A stretch of 63,439 nucleotides of DNA, counting the filler, from Octopus bimaculoides (taxonomy: Eukaryota): assembly GCF_001194135.2 (NCBI RefSeq). It is 7 parts of 7 records of this genome, joined end to end, with 100 filler letters (N's around TTAATTAATTAA, not from the genome) between each part and the next. Parts side by side here need not be neighbours in the genome. Positions count along the whole stretch, not along the records: positions 14,137 to 26,727 come from NC_068981.1; positions 26,828 to 38,017 come from NC_068991.1; positions 38,118 to 40,470 come from NC_069005.1; 4 more parts are not named here. One strand, written 5' to 3'. Shown piece by piece: positions 26,229 to 38,490 of the stretch; position 1 is the first letter of the stretch; every line of letters starts with the position of its first letter. The notes beneath the pieces are model-generated. The model was not told where the DNA came from and made no database searches. It saw only the letters and a list, made by a program, of their open reading frames with translations. A program made the position numbers and the translations under genes.

Positions 26229-26827
26229 TCTCATACGTATAGGAAACACGGGCAGTATGTTTTTATGCGTGTAAGTGTATTTCATTGGTAACATCGGGAG
26301 CGTTTGTGTGTGAATGTGAGTGTGTATGTGTATGCATGTGTGTGTGTTTTGAGTGATTGGTTGTATGTCACTTAGTTATACGCTTATATATGTATGTGCG
26401 TGTCTCTGTGTGTTTGTGTGTGATTTAGTGTGAAGCGTATGTTAGATATGTATCTATGTGTAGGTGTGTACCCAGAAGATGCTTGCTCCAATAGTATACA
26501 CACTCGAAGCCAGCTACGAGTAGCATATGGTCGCAGCATGAAGGGCCCAGTCAAGAGAATGAACGCTGTATTCGGCTGTATGTTTGTGCGATTGTATGTG
26601 GACGTGTTTCTATGCATATTTATGTGCATGTGCAGGTATATGTAATTATAATCATAGGAGAACATTGTAAAGTGCATGTCGCTCTTCACATATATAAATG
26701 TATATATATATATATATATATATATATNNNNNNNNNNNNNNNNNNNNNNNNNNNNNNNNNNNNNNNNNNNNTTAATTAATTAANNNNNNNNNNNNNNNNN
26801 NNNNNNNNNNNNNNNNNNNNNNNNNNN

Positions 26828-26880
<53 letters not shown>
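26828..26880. repeat. (GATA)n microsatellite
   Basis: Perfect tetranucleotide run. Confidence 0.95.
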
Positions 26881-27829
26881 GCTTGAAGCACGTAACAGTA
26901 TATTAACACTTCTGTGTTACAGTACATACAATTCTTAGTACTTTAAATCTTGCATACTTCTATGTGCGTGTGTATATATGTGTGTGTTTGTGTGTGTGTG
27001 TTTAATATGTAATAAATAATATATATATACATGTGTGTGTGTCTATTGCATGAGACACAAGAAAAAAGCGAGGAAGACTATGAGGTATGAAAGGAACAAA
27101 CAATAAATGATATATGAACTTAGACACGTAAAGCCCTTGTTGGGAAAGTGTAGAAATATGAAAGGAAACAATAAAAAACAGAATGATATTAAAGACGTCA
27201 AATGAAACTAACAGAAGGAATAAAAGTTAGTTTTGAATTATGCATTTTATCGAAGAAAGGTAAAAATATAAGAGAGCAACTGAAAAACGAACTAGAAACG
27301 CTATCAAATTTACGACGCCGGTTTACATAGCTTGTTTGATGTAAAAAGGAAATTGTTTAGTGGGATACTAGGTTAGGATATATAGACAACAATGAGGGTA
27401 AACTGGGAGGGGAGTACGAATGGAAAAAGTTGGAAGGATAGAAGGGGGAGAAAGAAAGGGAGAGAGATAGTTGAGGGTGGAGGCTGGGTACGCACAATCT
27501 CGATATGTATAGTGCAGAGTTGTTAAATATGTAATTTGGTCATCTGTTTGATAACATCCAGTATGTATCTAGAAATATACAATTCGTGCATTGGTCATTC
27601 ATGCGATATAATACATCCATCTATGTAAACATATATATTATCTCCTTTACCTCTTTTATTTGTTCCAATTATTAGACTGCGGTCATGTTGGGGCACCATT
27701 TTGAAGGGTTCTAGTCGATTGAATCGACCCCAGTGCTTATTTTTTAAGTCTGGTACTCCATCGTTTCTTTATGTGTGTGCATGTGTGTGTGTGTGTGTGT
27801 GTGTATGTGTGTGCGTGTACATATGAGGG

Positions 27830-28158
27830 TAATGGGTAAAGACCTCCTTTGGTCGTGAATGACCATGGAATTGCACCAAGAAAGTTACTCTCCTAGGTAC
27901 AAGTCCGAGCAAAATTGTTTATGAAAGACCAGCAGCCGCCTATGCAGCCCAGCCTCCCCTCTCCACGCCACCAATGTTACCCAAGGGAAAGGCAAGGGTC
28001 GATACAGCTTGCTATCAGTGACGTCGAAACTCATTTCTACAGCTGAGTGAACAGGAGCAATGTGAAATAAAGTGTCTTGCTCAAGAAAACAACGCGCAGC
28101 CCGGATCGGGAATCGAACTCACTTCCTCATGATTCTGAGCCCGACGCTGTAACCACTA
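27830..28158 (-). mobile_element. SINE family D, CpG-intact
   Basis: Aligns to 4568-4884 but retains CG dinucleotides (CCACGCC, GTGACGTCG, CCCGGATCGG). Confidence 0.85.
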
Positions 28159-28160
28159 CC

Positions 28161-28595
28161 AGATCCACTCACAAGGCTTTGGTCGGTCCGGGGTTGTAGT
28201 ATTCGACATTTGCCCAAGGTACCACGCAGTATGACTGAACCCAGAACCGTGAGAAGGGAACGTTTTACACAGTCACACCTACATCGATTTTAGATATAGA
28301 TATACACTCTTTACTCTTTTACTTGTTTCAGTCATTTGACTGCGGCCAAGGCGCTTTAGTCGAGCAAATCGACCCCAGGACTTATTCTTTAGAAGCCTAG
28401 TACTTATTCTATCGGTCTCTTTTGCCGAACCGCTAGGTTACGAGGACGTAAACACACCAGCATCGGTTGTCAAGCGATGTTGGGGGGACAAACACAGACA
28501 CACAAACATATACACACACATACATATATATACATATATACGACGGGCTTCTTTCAGTTTCCGTCTACCAAATCCACTTACAAGGCTTTGGTCAA
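28161..28595 (-). mobile_element. Two SINE family A pieces (head 28161-28262; 5'-truncated copy 28305-28595)
   Basis: Match 833-1226 with CpGs retained (GACTGCGGCC, TTTCCGTCTACC). Confidence 0.85.
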
Positions 28596-28828
28596 AATTT
28601 TAAACCATTATTATAGTTGCTGCTTCCCGGTATTCCTTCCGGTTCTTTACGTTGTGTGTTCAAACCTCGCTGAGGTCAACTTGGCCTTTCTCTCTGAAAT
28701 CCCTAAATCCATAGTGAAAATTCTACTTATATCCTGGCTACTTACTGTCTTCAGGTCATCTCTTTATTTAGTTTTAGCATCAAGGATCAAGATACCCTGT
28801 TATAAGTTCTCTCTCTCTCTCTCTTTCC

Positions 28829-28881
<53 letters not shown>

Positions 28882-29749
28882 CCTCTCTCTCCCTTTCTCT
28901 CTCTCTCTCTCTCTTACTCATACTCTCTCACTCGCTCTTTCTCTCTATCTTTTTGATTACCGCCGGAAACAGTTACAAATTATCTGTAATATGAAAAGGC
29001 TCAATTGAGAATAGAACGTGTATTAGAGATATTCCTTGTCGAGTGTTTACTTAGATGCTAAGGAACTTACTACCACAAAACAAGAAATATATACCTTATA
29101 TATGTAGATCTCAGGTGCGACTCCAGGTTCTTAAGCTAACTCATGCCATTTTAACTATCAAAGCCATACCATTGAAGTTAGGTAGATATAGCATATATGC
29201 ACTCTTTTTTCAAGCTGTCTTTCATAAAAAAAGGAAAGATTTCACACCTGATTTGTTTTCATTGCGTATGTTGATTCAAGCATGAAACGTCGCTGCTATA
29301 CATAGATACTAACGCACATCTAACAGGGGTGCATACAGATACTCTACCACACGTACACACTTACATAGGAACAGCCTTATACGCACTAAGCAAGCATAGA
29401 CATACATTTGGATACTTATATATACATAAATATGTATATATGAGCTGTATTAGGCGGATATTTACTCACAGACAGACACACACACACACACACACGCGCA
29501 TGCATGCATGCATACATACATACATACATACATACATAATACATACATACATACATACATAATACATACATACACACGCACATATATACGTACACATGCA
29601 TACATATTGATATATAAGTCACAATATATGGATTCAAGTAATCCGGTAGCACTCATAAAAAAGCCCCTTAATGTGCTATTGTACAAACCACATAGAATAT
29701 ATAGTAATATACAAGAGAAAGGGATAAGGAGTGTATGTAGTCATAAATT

Positions 29750-29803
29750 ACTTTACTCTGTTACTCGTTTCAGCCATGCGGCCGTGGTCATGTTGGAGCA
29801 CCA
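29750..29803 (-). mobile_element. SINE family A 3' tail fragment abutting U6 pseudogene
   Basis: The reverse strand GGTGCTCCAACATGACCACGGCC...GGCTGAAACGAGTAACAGAGTAAAG resembles the family A tail. Confidence 0.65.
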
Positions 29804-29811
29804 TCATGTAG

Positions 29812-29872
29812 AAAAATATGGAACGCTTCACGAATTTGCATGTCATCTTTGCGCAGGGGCCATGCTAATCTT
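29812..29872 (-). pseudogene. RNU6: U6 snRNA pseudogene, 3' ~61 nt
   Basis: The reverse strand reads AAGATTAGCATGGCCCCTGCGCAAAGATGACATGCAAATTCGTGAAGCGTTCCATATTTTT. This is the 3' half of metazoan U6 with two substitutions versus the sequence I recall. The 5' stem-loop and ACAGAGA box are absent. Confidence 0.92.
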
Positions 29873-30691
29873 TATGAATCTTTATTTAACGATAAAAATT
29901 TTCAGATATTCTACCACACACACACACTAACATAGGAACTTCTTGCTTAGAAAGAAAAGTCTGGTCACAAGAATCGATAGTCTGGATCGGCATAGAGCAA
30001 ATTGGATATGAAGTGAAAATTGATGAGTATGGTTTTTTATTAGAGAAATTTTGAGGATTATGGGAAGGTTGTGTATCAGCGTACATACTAACATGTATAG
30101 TACGGCTCTTCCTCGAAGATTAAATGAGATCGACATGGTATACAAACTAGATTGCTACCCGTCGCAACGCTGCAGTTAAAAATCTTTGTTAATCATGCAC
30201 GTACCTTCATACATTGTTCAAATAACGTTTAGATTTACTTTTTCGGTGACAATTAATAACATTCTGAATACTGTTGAACAATAGCATTTATTTGAAATAC
30301 TTTTTTTCTTTATATTCTACAGAATATGTATATTCATAGAAGAATATCTCATAAGATAACTTCGTGATAAACAGCATTCCTTGTCAAAGTTATTTTTCAA
30401 ACATTTTGTCTCTTTTTAATTGTGCTGCCGAGTTGTGTTTAGTCTGCGTACATGCGCTAGTTTTCAATGTTTCCCACTCTACTGTTAGCAAAATAAAATT
30501 CTCTGTGTATGGACACTGGATCAGATAGATACATTCCACATCTTTCCGAACTGCTTTTTTAAAATCTGTGTTGCGTTGTGTTGACAGACTTGCATTTAAA
30601 ATACTCGCGTTTTTAATCAAATCTTGTTAGTTACTATGGTGACAACACTACCTATCTATCTATTTTTTACACACACACACACACACTATCC

Positions 30692-30723
<32 letters not shown>

Positions 30724-31168
30724 TTCCCTCATTCTCTCCCTCTCTCTCTTTCTCTCTCTCTCTTTCCCTCTTTCTCTCCCCCTCTCTCTCTTCCTCCTCT
30801 CCTTCTGTCTCCTAATATATGTTGTGAGTAACAGACAGACGTAGATCAGCTTCATTTTTGTCATATAAGATTAACGTTCCGAATAGAGAGCTTTTTTAGA
30901 AAAAAAAACATGAGATGTATGTTAAAGATCTGTATATGGGTATATAGATATACCCATATACCTATATATACTTTTGGCATTGCTGGAAATTCTATGGCAT
31001 GAGTTCAGCCAAAATGGTAAATACGAACATAATTATATAAGTAGATCCTTCGAACTCACTTCATTACATTTCACTTCCTACGATGTGTCATTCCTTCGAT
31101 GCGTTAGTTCCAACATCACCTCATACCAGAAAAATATACACTTTGTATGTATGTAACAATATACAAAT

Positions 31169-31821
31169 AATATTATTATGGAGGCAATACAGGCGAAGTC
31201 TAAAAGAACATAATTGAAATACGCATCCAAAACTTTTATAAATACATATATTCTCTATAAAATGGAAATAAAATTCCAAAATGCACAAATATATATGAAT
31301 AGACAATATCAATGCAATGCATAAAATACGATTGAATTTAAATAAAAGCGAATGAGTTTAAGAAAATATCATTTGTAATTACGTTTAAAATCGTACATTG
31401 TATGATGAAATTAAAAATTAATGAACTTAGTGTAATATCCTGATAAGGGGAGTGCCTTGATTAGTAATATGAAATATGTCATATTCCTTGGCACATCTCT
31501 GAAACGGCCCGTAGATGTGATGTTTATATATTTTTTCTTTCGTTGGTTTTAGTATGTCTTTAATAGTTAATTTCAAGTTTAATTTCATCATATAATGCAC
31601 GATTTTAAATGTACAAATGGTATTTTCTTGAACTCAATCGTTTTTATTTAAATTCAATCACATTTTATGCATTGCATTGATATTGTCTATTTATATATAT
31701 TTGTGTGTTTTTGGAAATTTATTTCCATTTTATAGAGAATATATGTATTTATATAAGTTTTGGATACGTATTTCAATTATGTTCTTTTAGACTTCGCCTG
31801 TGTTGCCTCCATAATAATATT
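31169..31821. repeat. Large foldback hairpin (~250-bp arms, ~150-bp loop)
   Basis: 31169-31420 is the reverse complement of ~31570-31821 (e.g. TTATTATGGAGGCAATACAGGCGAAGTCTAAAAGAACATAATTGAAATAC and its mirror). Confidence 0.9.
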
Positions 31822-32503
31822 TCGAATATGGCTCACAACGAGCACTACATTTTCCTTCTGTATTAATGTGAGTTATTGTTAATAACAAGCTCTAACTAAA
31901 CTATATATTTTGTAACAATATACATACACACAAAAATATAAATACTCGCTCCGTAGAAATACACACACACACAAACACAAAAGCACACACACACACACAC
32001 ACACATGTACATACATAAATATTCGCCAACACATACACTTACACACGTATCCACATTTGAACATGTATATAGAGTATACACGTGTTTACACAAATATACC
32101 GCAAACACATACAAACGCTCGCATATAAATTCATGCACACATTAACCGATACATTCACAAAAACACTACAACTCTCGTACGTGCAAAACACAACTTACGC
32201 ACTAATACCCGCGCACGCGCTAATACATGAACATAACACCGAATTCCTCCGTGGTAAAAGATGTCCACACAAACACTCACTAATAATAATGATAAACGCA
32301 AAACAAACACTATCCCTTCACACATACATATACAGATGTATACATGCAATGAGAAACTCATGTATGTGTGGGTGAATGCATGTTCGCGCGTGTATAAATG
32401 TACAAAGATACAAACAGTTAAACTAATGCATGCTCATACACACATACACACACACATGTATGTATGTATATATATATGTATATATTTTATATATATATAT
32501 TTG

Positions 32504-32553
<50 letters not shown>

Positions 32554-33439
32554 AATATATATATATATATANNNNNNNNNNNNNNNNNNNNNNNNNNNNN
32601 NNNNNNNNNNNNNNNNNNNNNNNNNNNNNNNNNNNNNNNNNNNNNNNNNNNNNNNNNNNNNNNNNNNNNNNNNNNNNNNNNNNNNNNNNNNNNNNNNNNN
32701 NNNNNNNNNNNNNNNNNNNNNNNNNNNNNNNNNNNNNNNNNNNNNNNNNNNNNNNNNNNNNNNNNNNNNNNNNNNNNNNNNNNNNNNNNNNNNNNNNNNN
32801 NNNNNNNNNNNNNNNNNNNNNNNNNNNNNNNNNNNNNNNNNNNNNNNNNNNNNNNNNNNNNNNNNNNNNNNNNNNNNNNNNNNNNNNNNNNNNNNNNNNN
32901 NNNNNNNNNNNNNNNNNNNNNNNNNNNNNNNNNNNNNNNNNNNNNNNNNNNNNNNNNNNNNNNNNNNNNNNNNNNNNNNNNNNNNNNNNNNNNNNNNNNN
33001 NNNNNNNNNNNNNNNNNNNNNNNNNNNNNNNNNNNNNNNNNNNNNNNNNNNNNNNNNNNNNNNNNNNNNNNNNNNNNNNNNNNNNNNNNNNNNNNNNNNN
33101 NNNNNNNNNNNNNNNNNNNNNNNNNNNNNNNNNNNNNNNNNNNNNNNNNNNNNNNNNNNNNNNNNNNNNNNNNNNNNNNNNNNNNNNNNNNNNNNNNNNN
33201 NNNNNNNNNNNNNNNNNNNNNNNNNNNNNNNNNNNNNNNNNNNNNNNNNNNNNNNNNNNNNNNNNNNNNNNNNNNNNNNNNNNNNNNNNNNNNNNNNNNN
33301 NNNNNNNNNNNNNNNNNNNNNNNNNNNNNNNNNNNNNNNNNNNNNNNNNNNNNNNNNNNNNNNNNNNNNNNNNNNNNNNNNNNNNNNNNNNNNNNNNNNN
33401 NNNNNNNNNNNNNNNNNNNNNNNNNNNNNNNNNNNNNNN

Positions 33440-33474
<35 letters not shown>

Positions 33475-34295
33475 TTATTCTTTTCCCTATCGTGATCAGC
33501 CGATACATCGTTGTACACAACATACACAAAAGAAAAGTACATGCATACAGTTACACAAACAAGAATGCATACGCAAACACACACATATAAACACATCATT
33601 GTGACAGAAAGAGGGAACATATATATGCATACGTATATACATATATTTATATCTACATTTACACAGACACATGCATATGTATACATACATATATACATAC
33701 ATATATACGTGCATGCATGTATCTAGACGTTCTTACATATATACGTACGTCCCTCCATACACACAAATATATGTGTGTATATGTGTGCAGAAATATATAC
33801 CTACGTATATATCTAGATATACATATGTACATACATAAACACATACGAGCATGCTTCCTTGCAGATATACATGCTTATACGTATATGCCTATATATAGAC
33901 AAATACGTATGTGTGTGTATGTGTGTGTATAAATTAATATAGATACAACACATACATATATTAATGTATACTTACATTCATACATACACTCATNNNNNNN
34001 NNNTATCTAGATATACATATGTACATACATAAACACATACGAGCATGCTTCCTTGCAGATATACATGCTTATACGTATATGCCTATATATAGACAAATAC
34101 GTATGTGTGTGTATGTGTGTGTATAAATTAATATAGATACAACACATACATATATTAATGTATACTTACATTCATACATACACTCATTCACATATACGTA
34201 CATACGTACATAAATACACACACGCATATACATACATACATACATACATACATACATACATACATACATACATACATACATACATACATACATAC

Positions 34296-34586
34296 AGGTG
34301 ACGTATTCATTCTTTCTATATAACACCTCGACGACGTCCTCCAGCGCTTATTATCTTCCTCACTTCTCGCCGGAACGAAATCACTGGGAGAACATAAACC
34401 GGATGTTTGGTAATGCTCTTTTAAATGACCATCACATGAACAACGGTTATATATCAATTCAGCTACAACGCTCGAGCAATGGCCGCCTAAGTATTTCTCT
34501 TCATCAGTGTCAACTGAGTGCATTAGATCGCTTCCGGTGCGAGTGCTTCCTGAAACGATTCGCTGTCGACTTGCTGCGACCGCCAT
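34296..34586 (-). CDS. Candidate first coding exon (MAVAASRQRIVSGSTRTGSD...ERMNTSP, 97 codons) in a CpG-rich island
   Basis: Start context AAGATGGCGG, an open frame to the donor CCT|GTATGT (phase 0), and locally high GC/CpG. No homolog recognised. Confidence 0.4.
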
Positions 34587-34660
34587 CTTCTCTTGACGTT
34601 TAATGAACGAACATGCAAACGCGCCATATTTCAGCATTTGTACGGCCGACCGACGATGTG
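34500..34660 (-). promoter_or_regulatory. CpG-rich promoter-like segment with ETS (CCGGAAG) and YY1-like (AAGATGGCGG) motifs
   Basis: CTTCCGG at 34531-34537 and CCGCCATCTT at 34580-34589 on the + strand, in unusually CpG-rich sequence. Confidence 0.4.
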
Positions 34661-34694
34661 TAGGTAGATATCTTATATGTATGTGTATGCGTGT

Positions 34695-34733
<39 letters not shown>

Positions 34734-34782
34734 TGTATACCGGTGTTTCTATATATATTGTATATGTGTAAATATGCGTATC

Positions 34783-34784
<2 letters not shown>

Positions 34785-34821
<37 letters not shown>

Positions 34822-34934
34822 TATAGATAGATAGATATATAGATAGATAGATAGACTTGTTCCCTCTAATACCATTGTGTAATTTTATCACTTCTCGCTC
34901 TTTCTATCTCTCTCTCTCTCTCTCTGTCTCCCAC

Positions 34935-35020
<86 letters not shown>

Positions 35021-35260
35021 CTTTGTCTGTCCGTTTCTCTCTCTAACCTCTTTTTCTTTTTTATCATTAACCTTCTTTCACTTCTTCATTTTTTTAAACC
35101 TTTACATCTTTCTCTCCCCATTTCATACTAGATTCCCCTCCCTCTCTCTCACTCTCACTCTCTCTTTCTCTTTTTCGATCACTCTCTCTCTGACTGTCAC
35201 ATTCTATCTTTTCCTCTTTAACTTACCCCCCTCACTCTACTCCCCATATTCACACATAAC
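34785..35260. repeat. (GATA)n then (CT)n microsatellite and degenerate pyrimidine tract
   Basis: Direct inspection. Confidence 0.9.
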
Positions 35261-36497
35261 AAAATAAAAAATAGCCCTTTTCCGATTTCGTTTCGGCTTT
35301 AAACTTTCACCAACTTATATGACACAAGGGTCGTATTGTTGTCATCTCTCTTGCTAAATTGAATACTTTATACCCTTCCGACCTTTTTCTCTTCATTTAC
35401 TCATTTCTCTTCCATTTTTTTTCTTTTTTTCTCTTTATTTATTTTTTTCTCTCTTTTAGGTCCACACTTTATTCTATCTTGTTTTACAATATATTACATA
35501 TGTATGCGTGAGTGTGTATATGCCTATGCGTGTGGGTGATTTTATATCTGTTTTGCTATTTATGCATAGTTATATGTATGTCTGTGCGTGTACGCGTGTA
35601 TGTGTATATTTTTATGTATGTGTGTGTGTGTATGTATGTACATATATAGACTTTGTTTATGTGTGCGTGAAGATATATACATACACCACACTGACAATAT
35701 ATATGTATACAAGTANNNNNNNNNNNNNNNNNNNNNNNNNNNNNNNNNNNNNNNNNNNNNNNNNNNNNNNNNNNNNNNNNNNNNNNNNNNNNNNNNNNNN
35801 NNNNNNNNNNNNNNNNNNNNNNNNNNNNNNNNNNNNNNNNNNNNNNNNNNNNNNNNNNNNNNNNNNNNNNNNNNNNNNNNNNNNNNNNNNNNNNNNNNNN
35901 NNNNNNNNNNNNNNNNNNNNNNNNNNNNNNNNNNNNNNNNNNNNNNNNNNNNNNNNNNNNNNNNNNNNNNNNNNNNNNNNNNNNNNNNNNNNNNNNNNNN
36001 NNNNNNNNNNNNNNNNNNNNNNNNNNNNNNNNNNNNNNNNNNNNNNNNNNNNNNNNNNNNNNNNNNNNNNNNNNNNNNNNNNNNNNNNNNNNNNNNNNNN
36101 NNNNNNNNNNNNNNNNNNNNNNNNNNNNNNNNNNNNNNNNNNNNNNNNNNNNNNNNNNNNNNNNNNNNNNNNNNNNATGGGTGTGTAAAGGTGTTGCGCG
36201 CACGTGTTTTTGCGTGTTGTATTGTTTTTCTGTATCTATGTTCAGAAATCACAAACACAGAAATACAGGTATGTATGTGTGTGAAAAATCCAAGTATGCG
36301 TATGTGTCCTTCTATGTGTATTTTGTGTGCTTCTGTGTTAGCGGCTGTAAATTTTATGTTTGTTGTTTCTTTTAGACGGGTCAGATCGTTAGCCAACAAA
36401 CAAACACATCGCATCAACCCGTTTTATTGCCTTCTGCTCTATCTTTTCATTTCCTTTCGTTGTTCCCGCAGTCAAGCGAAGCGTATCTCTTGTTTCA

Positions 36498-36511
36498 CGG
36501 AAATGACGTCA
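36498..36511 (+). promoter_or_regulatory. ETS-CRE-like composite motif CGGAAATGACGTCA
   Basis: A perfect palindromic CRE (TGACGTCA) is preceded by GGAA, in a CpG-rich segment just upstream of a strong donor. Confidence 0.35.
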
Positions 36512-36534
36512 GTTTTGTGATAGCTTTGACAGCC

Positions 36535-36616
36535 ATGTTGTTTCCTCCCTCAATTTTCATGAGGAGCAATTTGCTCACTAGCCAGAAAACGCGGACAGAG
36601 ATATTTGAAGATGAGG
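36535..36616 (+). CDS. Candidate 5' coding exon of a + strand gene (MLFPPSIFMRSNLLTSQKTRTEIFEDE, or only ATG AGG at 36611)
   Basis: Strong donor AGG|GTAAGT at 36617 and a strong upstream acceptor (tttcctttcgttgttcccgcag, exon start 36472). CpG-rich context. Confidence 0.45.
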
Positions 36617-37955
36617 GTAAGTGAATAAAAGGATTATTTATCGCCAAACAATTTCATCGTAATCTCCACAAATCCGCCCGTCCATTTTTCTGTCTCTTTG
36701 TCATACCGCTTTGCTCTTAATTTATGACTTTCAATTGGTACATCATTTTATCGATCACATGCATCCTCTGACTCGGCTTTCGTATTCTCTTAATTTTGTT
36801 CTCTTCCTTCGTTTTCCTTTCTATTTCCCTCTTTCTCTTTTCTCTGCGCTTCCTTCCCGTTCTCACCTTGAAAAAGCCGGGTTTCTCTCTATTAACGAAT
36901 CGTCATTGTGTTATGGTAATTTCGGTTCTGGTCAGGGCAGGCTTGGGCTGGCTTTTAGCGCGGAGTAAAACAGAATAGAGGACATCGAAAGTAAAGAGCA
37001 GCAAGATGCAGAATTGTTAAAGGTGTAGGTGGTAGAGTTTGTTGTTGTTGTTAGTGGTAAAATGATGGCGATAGTTGTAGTGATAGTAGTGATGGTGGCG
37101 ATAGTGGTGATGGTGCTGGCAGCTATGGATAAGCGGTTATGGAGTTGTATTGGTGTTGGATGAATGGTGGTGGTGGTGGTGGNNNNNNNNNNNNNNNNNN
37201 NNNNNNNNNNNNNNNNNNNNNNNNNNNNNNNNNNNNNNNNNNNNNNNNNNNNNNNNNNNNNNNNNNNNNNNNNNNNNNNNNNNNNNNNNNNNNNNNNNNN
37301 NNNNNNNNNNNNNNNNNNNNNNNNNNNNNNNNNNNNNNNNNNNNNNNNNNNNNNNNNNNNNNNNNNNNNNNNNNNNNNNNNNNNNNNNNNNNNNNNNNNN
37401 NNNNNNNNNNNNNNNNNNNNNNNNNNNNNNNNNNNNNNNNNNNNNNNNNNNNNNNNNNNNNNNNNNNNNNNNNNNNNNNNNNNNNNNNNNNNNNNNNNNN
37501 NNNNNNNNNNNNNNNNNNNNNNNNNNNNNNNNNNNNNNNNNNNNNNNNNNNNNNNNNNNNNNNNNNNNNNNNNNNNNNNNNNNNNNNNNNNNNTGGTGGT
37601 GGTGGTGGTGGTGGTGGTGGTATCGGCATTAATGATGGTAGTTGTGGTTGTAGTCTACCAGTGTTGTTTGCGGTGGTGATGGTGGTGGTAGTGGTGGTGC
37701 TGGTGAGGATAGTGGTTGGAGTGGTAATAGTGATGATGTTGGAATTAGCTGTGGTGCAGCGTATGATGAAGCTAGAAGGTGTTGTAGCTGTAGTATTGTC
37801 TTCATAGCAGTGGTATTGGTGTTGTTAGTTGTGGTAGAGGTGAGAGTAAAGGTGGAGGTACTAACTATAGTGGTACCATTGTTAGTTGTTATGTTAGTTA
37901 TGGTGGCACTGGTGATTGTTGTATAGTGGTGGTATGTTTCGCAGAGCTGGGGATT

Positions 37956-38013
<58 letters not shown>

Positions 38014-38309
38014 GGGGNNNNNNNNNNNNNNNNNNNNNNNNNNNNNNNNNNNNNNNNNNNNTTAATTAATTAANNNNNNNNNNNNNNNNNNNNNNNNNNN
38101 NNNNNNNNNNNNNNNNNGGGATTCTCGTAGAGTTGTTAGGTACAGCTATCCATTTGAGTTGATTGAACGTTCGGCTTCAGCAGACATTGGCTCAATATCG
38201 ATTTTTCAGTTTGTAGTCGGGTTATTGTGTCAGAATACATTTTGTGCCGGAACAGAAAAGTTCTAGTTTTGTTGAGATTTCACGATTCTTAATAGTGGTA
38301 ATGGTTTAA

Positions 38310-38490
38310 GGCGGCGAGCTAGCAGAATCGTTAGCATACCGCGCAAAACACTTAGCGACAGTTCTCCCGTCTTTACGTTCTAAGTTCAAATCCCGCCGAG
38401 GTTGAGTTTGCCTTTCATCATTTCGGGGTCAATTAAATAAGTACCAGTTACACACTGGGGTCGATGTAATCGGCTTAACCCCTCACCCGA
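38310..38490 (+). mobile_element. SINE family B, CpG-intact
   Basis: GGCGGCGAGCTAGCAGAATCGTTAGCA...AAGTTCAAATCCCGCCGAGG...CCTTTCATCATTTCGGGGTC. Confidence 0.85.

Noticed and set aside
30145-30180. ACTAG...TACCCGTCGCAACGC resembling a Helitron/Helentron terminus
   Set aside because: Too short, with no partner end or hairpin identified.
30932-30961. Perfect 14-bp hairpin GTATATGGGTATAT-ag-ATATACCCATATAC
   Set aside because: It is built mostly from TA-repeat sequence, and no functional context is visible.
33810-34187. Exact ~185-bp tandem duplication across a 10-N gap
   Set aside because: Typical unmerged contig overlap. The same pattern occurs at 62837-62950.
34330-34400. Plus-strand YLPHFSPERNHWENI resembling the IS630/Tc1 LPPYSPxLNPIE motif
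   Set aside because: No other DDE motifs at proper spacing and no TIRs. The minus-strand first-exon reading has better support, so this is likely chance.
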